Source: Deltaproteobacteria bacterium
GTDB lineage: Bacteria; Myxococcota; JACPTQ01
Reading direction: 5' to 3'
Length of the DNA stretch: 64,000 bases
NCBI GenBank assembly: GCA_016192705.1
Contig: JACPTQ010000072.1
Coordinates: forward strand, 6,611 to 70,610
Below are positions 47,645 to 55,203 of the stretch, piece by piece. The position numbers were made by a program, and so were the translations under genes. Under the pieces are notes generated by a model. That model searched no databases. It saw nothing but the letters and a program-made list of their open reading frames with translations, and had not been told where the DNA came from. Position 1 is the stretch's first letter. The number at the start of each line of letters is the position of its first letter.

Positions 47645-47968
47645 TCATCGTAGGTCGATACCCGCGAGGTCTTTGGTGAGCGTGCGCAGGTAAGCGAAAA
47701 GCTCAATGCCGCGCCCGCGGTCGTCGAACCACCGCCCGGACGGCTCGTCGTAGTTAAAGTGGATCGCCGTGTCGCGCGCGGCGAGCCAGATTTGCCGCAC
47801 GGGGCGCTGCGTGTTGATGATGCATCGGACGCCCTTCGGGTATTGGATGGTAACGACGTCCCCGGCGTTCGTCACTTCGGCGAGGTCGGGGTCGACGTCC
47901 TCGAAGCGTGCGTCGATCTCTTTCCAGGCGCTATCAACAAGCGATAAATATCGGCTTTCATCTAACAT
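47645..47968 (-). CDS. cyaY: frataxin-like iron-sulfur cluster assembly protein CyaY
   Basis: 107 aa; pattern LADSAWKEID...DVDPDLAEVTNAGDVVTIQYP...IINTQRPVRQIWLAA...HFNYDE..GRW matches the CyaY/frataxin family. Confidence 0.65.
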   Translation of the reverse strand: MLDESRYLSLVDSAWKEIDARFEDVDPDLAEVTNAGDVVTIQYPKGVRCIINTQRPVRQIWLAARDTAIHFNYDEPSGRWFDDRGRGIELFAYLRTLTKDLAGIDLR

Positions 47969-48015
47969 ACGTCTCTCCTTGCGCTACCAAAGCCCAACCT
48001 GTACATACCACTCTT

Positions 48016-48654
48016 ATGAAGGGGGCCGCGATGTCGATCAAGCACGTTATCTTTTTCTTGATAGCAAGTTCGTGGGTCAGTGCTGGTTGTAAGTCCGAAG
48101 ATTCTCGCCCCGCGTCCGACTGTTTTGGTTACACCGCGCCGCCCGGCTGGAAACCAACGAGCAAGAGCTCGGGCACCGACGGAAAACAGATCATTATTTT
48201 TGGCGAAAAGATTTATTCCTTAGGGGCGCAAAGAAACCAAGACAACTTTCTTGTTCGCTTCATTCCGTCGGGCGGATTGTCATTGCCGGGTTACAAGGAC
48301 TTCATCTTGAAGGCACTCGGCAGCGCCGACAAGATGAAAGAGACGATGAAAACGGCCGAGAAGATGCGGGCCAACGTCGGCCAATTCAAGAGTTTCGTTG
48401 ACGCGACAACAGAAATAAAAGCGCCGGTCGTCACCGACCACAAGGTGAGTGGGCGCGATGCTTATCACATCTCGTCGGAAACAGCGCTCGCCGTGGGCGA
48501 GAAACCGGTTCGCCTCATCACACGGTCGGTGCTGACGAAGTGGGGAAGCGAGTTCATCATCGCCTCGGCCGGCTACCCCGATTTTCGCGACGCCGACTTG
48601 CGCTCGCTCGCGGACGCGTTCCTTGCGTCGGTTAATTTCGATAAGTGTAAGTAG
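48016..48654 (+). CDS. hypothetical lipoprotein (lower GC)
   Basis: Start MKGAAMSIKHVIFFLIASSWVSAGC (lipobox SAGC). The ORF-track upstream extension overlaps cyaY on the other strand and is discarded. The stop lies inside the MITE copy-2 target duplication. Confidence 0.45.
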   Translation: MKGAAMSIKHVIFFLIASSWVSAGCKSEDSRPASDCFGYTAPPGWKPTSKSSGTDGKQIIIFGEKIYSLGAQRNQDNFLVRFIPSGGLSLPGYKDFILKALGSADKMKETMKTAEKMRANVGQFKSFVDATTEIKAPVVTDHKVSGRDAYHISSETALAVGEKPVRLITRSVLTKWGSEFIIASAGYPDFRDADLRSLADAFLASVNFDKCK

Positions 48655-49168
48655 TCCTCGATCCCGGGATAAGCGGCCAGTTCGCTTCTGTGCGTAGGGT
48701 CGGCAGGAGCCGCTTCGGCGCGCCGACGTCCTCGGGTCTGAACTGACTCGTGCGACAGAGCCGCTGATTAGAGGCAAGCGAAGGCTCGGTGATCCCAGCC
48801 AATATCGCGCTGCAGACCCTGCGGAGGCGCGCCTTTGCGGGCCCCTGCCGACCCTACGCAATTCCGGGCATACCGCTTTCCCGGGGACATTTTTCTAAGG
48901 CTTGAGGGCGGCACGAGGAGCTCACCCGCTGGGTGTCGGCTGATGATCGATCGACCCCCAAGTCCCTTAGCCGCCGTTTCAGGAAAACGGCCGGGTTCTG
49001 GTATCCGCAGGGGATGAGGTGCCGATGGGGCGTGGGATTGCCGTTCTCATGATGTTTGATTCGTTTCGGACAGACTCACATTTCATGTCAGACCCGAGGA
49101 CTTTTGCGAGCCGAAGCAAGCCCAACTCCGACCGCCCCACGCTGGTCTTGGCCGTTAATCTGGAATCA
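48654..49168. mobile_element. MITE-like element, copy 2 (about 515 bp), 9-bp target-site duplication GTGTAAGTA; right terminal repeat degraded
   Basis: Starts gTCCTCGATCCCGGGATAAGC; flanked by gtgtaagta at 48645-48653 and 49169-49177. Colinear with copy 1 apart from a roughly 30-bp indel and substitutions. Confidence 0.6.
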
Positions 49169-49178
49169 GTGTAAGTAA

Positions 49179-50675
49179 TCATCGTTTCGGCGCGCAGACG
49201 TCGGCTGTTTTCGCGGCGTTCCCAAATCGCGGGAGCGTCCCCTTCGTGGTTCCTGCGAGGTCTGCGCAGTTGTGGTTCTGCGGCGCCGCCTTGCTGACGC
49301 AGACGCCCCGCGCTGGCGCAACGCCTGGATCGGCGATACAGAAGGTTGGGGCTTTCCCGGCGAGGTCGGGGCATGTCCCGTTGCACGTCAGCGAGCAAAA
49401 GCCCCGCGCATGGCAGAACCCCGCTGCGCCGCTGCTCGTGAAGGCGCAATCGACCGCGGCCGTGCATCGATCGCCAACAAACTTCGCCGGCGGCGGGGGT
49501 GGCGGCGCGACACCGTTCAACTTCGGAAACGTCGCGGCATCATCCAACCGCACGAATGAAAATCCCTCGGCTTTGAGCGCAAGAATAATCGCTTCCAAGT
49601 TGTCAGCGGTGTTGTCGTGAATATCGTGGAAAAGCAGGATGCCGCCGCCTTCCTCTCTTGCTTGCGACAACACGTACGCCTTCATATCGCTGCGATAACG
49701 ATCAGGCACCCACTTGAACGTCTCCTTTTTGCACTTGCCGCCGCCCGACGAGAAGCACCAGTCGGCGCTGTCGATGTGCCAGCCGGTCGCGACGAGGCGA
49801 CGATCGCGCACAAGTTGCATGGTCGTGCAGGTCGAACTCCCGAATGGGAATCGCATGAACTTCTGCGGCTCGCCCGTTCCGGTGATGGTGGTTGCGACCG
49901 AATCGACTTCCGACGCGACCTTCGATCTCGTCTGCTGCGCGAGGTTGATGTGGGCGTACGTGTGATTCGCGAGCAAGAACATCGGGTCGTCCGCGACCTG
50001 TTTGATGATCGTGCGATCGGCTTGCGAATCGATCCACTTTCCATTGATGAAGAATGTGGCCGGCGTGTTTTGCCGCTTGAGAATGGCGATCACTTGCGCC
50101 GTCGTTTCAGGGTTGGGGCCGTCGTCGAAGGTGAGAGCGATGCGCTTGTTAAACCCTGACTGGTCAGGAACGACGACGCCCGAACACGAAGACGACGCCG
50201 CGAGGGCGATCGACACCGCCGAAAAAATGGGGGTCGGGGGGCCTGGCGGCGGCGCGGCAAGGATAAAAAACGGCAGCGCGGGTTTTGTGGGGTCGAGGAG
50301 GCGTCCCGACTTCGGGGCTTTGCGCGCCTTTCGCGACTCCAGAAGCTCCTCGTGTGCGCGTTCCCATCCAGGGGCGACGTGTTTTCGAAAACAGGCTTCG
50401 CGCGGGGGCCGTGCACGATCGAAGCATGCCTTCCGCGTTGCAACACACGCAGTTACTTTCGCGCCCGTGCACGATTTGAGCGACTCTTTGCCGCCGCATC
50501 GTTTTGCGCGCGGGCAGACCGGGCAAACGCACCGCAGAAACGCCTTCTTGCACGCACGAACCTCTTGAATGAAATCTCGTTGGCAGTGCCGATCCGCGCG
50601 GGCTTCACGAGAGCTGCCAAGGATCATCATGAGACCGGCCATAAGTGAAAGATGAAAAGACCCGTTTGCTGTCAT
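49179..50675 (-). CDS. secreted polysaccharide deacetylase (CE4) with Cys-rich N-terminal and C-terminal regions
   Basis: Signal peptide; NodB motifs IALTFDDGPNPETT, FFINGKWI, and catalytic His region LLFHDIHDNT. Confidence 0.65.
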   Translation of the reverse strand: MTANGSFHLSLMAGLMMILGSSREARADRHCQRDFIQEVRACKKAFLRCVCPVCPRAKRCGGKESLKSCTGAKVTACVATRKACFDRARPPREACFRKHVAPGWERAHEELLESRKARKAPKSGRLLDPTKPALPFFILAAPPPGPPTPIFSAVSIALAASSSCSGVVVPDQSGFNKRIALTFDDGPNPETTAQVIAILKRQNTPATFFINGKWIDSQADRTIIKQVADDPMFLLANHTYAHINLAQQTRSKVASEVDSVATTITGTGEPQKFMRFPFGSSTCTTMQLVRDRRLVATGWHIDSADWCFSSGGGKCKKETFKWVPDRYRSDMKAYVLSQAREEGGGILLFHDIHDNTADNLEAIILALKAEGFSFVRLDDAATFPKLNGVAPPPPPPAKFVGDRCTAAVDCAFTSSGAAGFCHARGFCSLTCNGTCPDLAGKAPTFCIADPGVAPARGVCVSKAAPQNHNCADLAGTTKGTLPRFGNAAKTADVCAPKR

Positions 50676-50701
50676 TTTTCCTCCTCACGCATGACGATTA
50701 T

Positions 50702-52222
50702 TCACGGCGCCGGCCAGCGCGACCACTGAAGGTTTCGGGACCCGCGTTTCAACGTTCCTTCGGCGATCGACGCGCCCTGGCTGTCGACGACGACGAGCCG
50801 CAGGTCGTCACCCTTGATATCGGCGAGCGTGAAGTTGACGTGCTTAAAGTGCTTGCGATCGGAGCGCGCGCCACCCGAGCCAAGAACAAGCGTTGGAATG
50901 CCGGCTTGCGTGCCTGACACGGCAGCCGTCGATTCGCGCCCGAGCCTTTCCCAGTGGCCAACGACGATGAGGTCGACGCCCTCGCGTTCGAGGAGAAGGG
51001 CGAGCCGCTTCGCCGTTTCTTTGTGAACGCCGCCGTCGCGGAGCGGAAAATGGAAAAACGCGATTTTCCAAATGTTCGTTTGCCCGCGCACGCGTTTGAG
51101 ATCGTCCTTCAGCCACTTAACCTGCGGGCTGTCGTTCGCGTCGACGTCGTCAAGCGACGCGATGGCGTACGACTCAGACCCGTTAGCCATTTTCGCCGTC
51201 GCGCTCACCGCGCCGACCCCCGCGATGTCGAGGCCGATGAAGTGCGCATTCGCGTAGTCAAACGAATAGTACGTCTTTCCCGTGCCGTTCTTTTGGAGAA
51301 GCGGTCGAAATGCGTCGCGGTAGTAGCGTCCGCCGTGTGAGAGCTTGTCGCCGTGCTCATGATCGTGGTTGCCGGGCACCGGGAAAAACGGAACGCCCTT
51401 CAAAATGTCTTTGCCGCCGCCGCGCCAACCGTTGCCGTTGTACGTGCCGAACAAATGTTCCGCGTACTCCCAGGCTTTTCCCTTTTCGTTCGACACGTCG
51501 CCCGGCGACACGATGAAATCGAAACCGGTGCGCGCTTCGCCATGGACGGTTCGTCGCGCGCGCTTTGTTTCGAAAATGCGATCGCGAAGGTGTCGGTGAA
51601 TGTGGTAGCTGCAGTTTGGGTCGGTGATTTTTCGGAGCTCGTTACAGTCGGGCGAATAGGCGCTGAAAATGTCGGAGACGAAAACCGTTGAAAACGACGT
51701 CTGCGTGCGCGGCTCGCTGGTCTTGAATCGCGCGTCGCGCACGAGATCGACGGCGCCTTGCCCGCGGCTGTTTTTTCGCACGACGCGGTAGTGATACCAC
51801 GTGCCCGGAGTGAGCCCTGTCAGCGTGACCTCAAAGCCGTGCTCGGCGTTTGACTTTCTCAAACGTCTCCCCGCGCTCCCCACAATATCGACGCCGATCG
51901 TTTGCCGTCCCGTCCGTTGCACGGTCGCGCTCGGTCGCGACGGAAGCGGCGCGCGCTCAACCGCGTGAAAAAATTCGCAGATGTCGGCGCCGTCTTTCGT
52001 TTTCCAGACGATGGTGACCGACGTCTGCGCAGCGTATTGAATGTGCGGCAATCGGTAGCGCGGCGGCTCCTCGCTCGACCCATCGGTTTCGTACGGCGTT
52101 TTCTCGCCGGGGCTGCATTCGGTGCAGGTGGGATCGTTGGGGCGCGCGCTGGAGGCGCCGGGTGACGCGAGCACGAGGATCGTGAAAAGTGAAATCAAGG
52201 GTCGCGGTGCGAGTCGATTCAT
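50702..52222 (-). CDS. secreted metallophosphoesterase (purple acid phosphatase-like, calcineurin fold)
   Basis: Signal peptide; N-terminal PAP-type FN3-like domain (SVTIVWKT); metallophosphatase motifs GDVSNE, FFPVPGNHDHEHGD, VVGHWE. Confidence 0.7.
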   Translation of the reverse strand: MNRLAPRPLISLFTILVLASPGASSARPNDPTCTECSPGEKTPYETDGSSEEPPRYRLPHIQYAAQTSVTIVWKTKDGADICEFFHAVERAPLPSRPSATVQRTGRQTIGVDIVGSAGRRLRKSNAEHGFEVTLTGLTPGTWYHYRVVRKNSRGQGAVDLVRDARFKTSEPRTQTSFSTVFVSDIFSAYSPDCNELRKITDPNCSYHIHRHLRDRIFETKRARRTVHGEARTGFDFIVSPGDVSNEKGKAWEYAEHLFGTYNGNGWRGGGKDILKGVPFFPVPGNHDHEHGDKLSHGGRYYRDAFRPLLQKNGTGKTYYSFDYANAHFIGLDIAGVGAVSATAKMANGSESYAIASLDDVDANDSPQVKWLKDDLKRVRGQTNIWKIAFFHFPLRDGGVHKETAKRLALLLEREGVDLIVVGHWERLGRESTAAVSGTQAGIPTLVLGSGGARSDRKHFKHVNFTLADIKGDDLRLVVVDSQGASIAEGTLKRGSRNLQWSRWPAP

Positions 52223-52403
52223 TCTCTTCCCTCCGACATCTCATTAGACGTGCCGATATGGCCATCTATTCAATTCCGTCGAGCTTTTCGGTGGTCAATC
52301 GCCGCCGCGACCGAAAAGAATTTGAATAAAACACCCCCCCCTCCCCGTCTAAACGGTTTGGTGGCCGATTGGTCGGCGCTATTTTGCAAGGGGAGGACCG
52401 AGG

Positions 52404-54890
52404 ATGCGAAAAAGGAAAGCGAAACTCTGGCTGTTGGGGGCTGCCGCCGTCGGAACTTTTCTCGGGAACGTGTCGATCGAAACGGGCCAGGTCGGCCTCG
52501 TGTCGACCGCGCGGGCACAGTTCGATCCCTGGATTCAAGTGTGCGGACCTTGGGATGGCGGGTGCTGGCCCTCCGACGGAAACTACTATGGGGATGGTAA
52601 ACGAAGATGGTTCCTCAAGGTTATCGGTTGTCAAATTGATTGGGGTAGTGACTTTACGAACCAAGGGAGACGCGATGGCTTTTTTAATTGCGTGCATAAC
52701 AACGCTAAAAAGCTCATTGACAACGCTGGGAAGGCGCTCAACGAAGGAAAAGACTGGGTGGTGAACCAGATCAAAAGTCCGTTCGGCTGCCCGCTTCGAA
52801 TCGATAACATCGGCGGTTTCCTCAACTGCCTCGGGAGAAAACTCAAAGAACAATGGGATAAGGCCGCCAAAGCGATGCAGCAGTGGGGAAGTTCCGCGGC
52901 CCAGTTCTTTGATGGTTTTATCTACGACATTATCGGGAAACCAATCGGCTGCTCGAGAGAAAACAGTCGGGTCTCCAGCTTGGCCCGCTTAGCGGAATGC
53001 GTCGGCAAAGAGATTGCGAAAAAGGGCAGCGAAATGTTCGAAGCCGGCAAGAAGACGCTCGGCGACTTGACCGGGGCTTTCGGGAAGATTGTGGAGGCTG
53101 TAAAGCAGTTCCTCGGTGCCAACCCCAAGTTTTTGGATGCGCTCAAATGTGCCATCCCGGGAGGAGAGGCTCTTGTTGCCAAGGAAGCCCAAACATTTAA
53201 GCTCGTCGAGGGAATCTTCGGTTTCATCACGAATCCCGTCGGGACCATCAAGAACTGGCTTGACTTCGGGCAGATGGGCAAAAACTTGATGGCGAAATTC
53301 GATGAAGTCAAATCGCGGGCTGTCTCGCTCATGGGTCGGGTTGGCGGCAAGTTGCAACAAGCCGGAGCGGCGTTCGGCGCCCTGCTCGAATCGCCAAAAA
53401 ACGGGGCGAGGCGCGAGGCCGTCAAGAAGCCCGTCAGGGAGGCCCTTGGTGATGTTTGGGTCGAGACAAGCGCGTTCGCAAAGAACATTCCAGGAATGTT
53501 CTGCCCCTTTACGATGGCCGAGGGCTTTGGGCTCGTGCACTTCGCGATAGATGGCGTGACGGGTCTCGTGGTGGAAGCCATCGCAAACGTCTTTGGTACC
53601 GCGAAGGACGTTTTGGACGGCGCCATTCAAAAGGTCACGGACAAATTGAAGGAACTCTTTCAACAGTTCATCAGCGGCAGGCTCCCGCTGGCGATCGCGA
53701 ATCTTCTTCCGCCCTGGCTCAAAGATGTGGGGTTATCGATCCAACGCGTGGTGGGTCAGGTGACAGGCCTCTCAAAGGACATGACATCAAAGATCAAAGG
53801 GTTTGTCCTCGACATCAAGAAGGGCGGCCAGAGTGCGCGCACGGCACTCACGCAGCTACAGGGCGTCGTCGGTTCTCTGCCCCGGCTTGATGCGGGAGGC
53901 TTTCGACTCGCGGTGCGTGCGGGCGTTGAGTTACTCAAGCAGTGGGGGCGAGGACTCATCGATGTGGAGCTTGGCAAGATTGTCGATGGCGCGCTGTCAG
54001 GTCTTTCGACATCGGTCGGCGTCTTGACGAGCGGCATCGATGCGGTTTGTGGGCTCGTTCCTTTTGTGGGTGCGGCCATCTGCGCGGCGACTATTACGAC
54101 TGGGCTTCGCGTTCTGTGGGACTGGGTGGGCGCTCCGCCGGTCAAAGAAATGGGCCTCAAGTTTGTCCGTGAAAAGATCGACGGCATCGCCGACTGGATT
54201 GGCGCAAACCTCGACAGCGGCGCTGTCGGAAGAACCACGGCTCAGATAGGCCAAACACTCGGCGGACTCCAGAATTCGCTCGGTGGGCTGTTGGACAGCA
54301 TTAAGGGATTTGTGAATACGCAGATCCTGCCTGTCGTAGAGGGCTCGCTCGGCATGAACGATCTCCTCTTTCAGCTGCCGCAGTTGCCCGCGCTGGCGGC
54401 CGGCACAGCGCCCGCGTGCCCCGCGTGTCCGTCCTGTCAACCAGCCGCCCCGTGCGCCGCGTGCAGTTGCCCAGTCGCGAGTTCGTCGCCGCAAACATCA
54501 CAGGTGCAACCGGCCGCATCTGCGCCGTCGTTTCCACCCCGCGCGCAACGGGGATGGGCGTCACCTGCGCCGTCGTTCCCACCGCTCGCGCAACGGGGAT
54601 GGGCGTCACCAGGAGCTGCCGACCTTTGGCCAGAGGTGTTTGATTGGCGATGGTACGTCGAGAACCAACCTGACTTGAAGCGAGCGCAATCCGGACAGGC
54701 CCAGGCGCAGAGACATTGGCAAAGTCACGGGATTCGCGAGGGGCGGCAGGCGCACCCGAACTTCTCGACAAAGGCCTACCTCGCGAGGTATCCGGACCTT
54801 CAGCGTGCGTTCGGTGCGACGGGCTACGCGAAGGCCCTTTATCACTATCTCAACAATGGGATCAAAGAGGGACGTAAGGGCGCGCCCTGA
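52404..54890 (+). CDS. secreted alpha-helical protein (828 aa), distant paralogue of the 2323-aa giant protein; lower GC
   Basis: Signal peptide MRKRKAKLWLLGAAAVGTFLG. Shares motifs with the giant protein (AVCGLVPFVGAAI vs PVCGLVPPRV; GAFGKIVEAVKQFLG vs GAGKILDIVSSLAKIVE). C-terminus has a 54-nt tandem duplication (SFPPRAQRGWASP x2) and a repeated HYxNNGIKEGR-like motif. GC roughly 55-57% versus about 67% nearby. Confidence 0.5.
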   Translation: MRKRKAKLWLLGAAAVGTFLGNVSIETGQVGLVSTARAQFDPWIQVCGPWDGGCWPSDGNYYGDGKRRWFLKVIGCQIDWGSDFTNQGRRDGFFNCVHNNAKKLIDNAGKALNEGKDWVVNQIKSPFGCPLRIDNIGGFLNCLGRKLKEQWDKAAKAMQQWGSSAAQFFDGFIYDIIGKPIGCSRENSRVSSLARLAECVGKEIAKKGSEMFEAGKKTLGDLTGAFGKIVEAVKQFLGANPKFLDALKCAIPGGEALVAKEAQTFKLVEGIFGFITNPVGTIKNWLDFGQMGKNLMAKFDEVKSRAVSLMGRVGGKLQQAGAAFGALLESPKNGARREAVKKPVREALGDVWVETSAFAKNIPGMFCPFTMAEGFGLVHFAIDGVTGLVVEAIANVFGTAKDVLDGAIQKVTDKLKELFQQFISGRLPLAIANLLPPWLKDVGLSIQRVVGQVTGLSKDMTSKIKGFVLDIKKGGQSARTALTQLQGVVGSLPRLDAGGFRLAVRAGVELLKQWGRGLIDVELGKIVDGALSGLSTSVGVLTSGIDAVCGLVPFVGAAICAATITTGLRVLWDWVGAPPVKEMGLKFVREKIDGIADWIGANLDSGAVGRTTAQIGQTLGGLQNSLGGLLDSIKGFVNTQILPVVEGSLGMNDLLFQLPQLPALAAGTAPACPACPSCQPAAPCAACSCPVASSSPQTSQVQPAASAPSFPPRAQRGWASPAPSFPPLAQRGWASPGAADLWPEVFDWRWYVENQPDLKRAQSGQAQAQRHWQSHGIREGRQAHPNFSTKAYLARYPDLQRAFGATGYAKALYHYLNNGIKEGRKGAP

Positions 54891-55203
54891 GCAGGGCAAT
54901 CGTCGTTTGATCGAGATTCTATAGGCGACTCCCGTACGCGTCTGACGGCGCAGGAAGAAACTGCGCGAGAAGGTCGCCGCGGCGGCTCGTGACGCGCGAT
55001 TTGCGGTGTCAGGTTAATCCTTTCAATCGGCTGACGTCGTAATAAGCGGTGATATTTCAGGTTGTTACGGGCGTTAGTCCAAATGCGTGACGCGCCGCCC
55101 CAATCGGCATCAGCGATGCACACCGCTCCTTCGGGTTGGACCGACCCGTCCTGGGAAACTGGGCCGCGTCGGGGAGTGCCTGTGGCTTGAAAAGGAGGCC
55201 AGC

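Noticed and set aside
54470-54610. 54-nt tandem duplication inside the 828-aa gene as a separate repeat element
   Set aside because: It is in frame and simply duplicates a 17-aa peptide within the CDS. It is noted under that gene rather than as an independent element.
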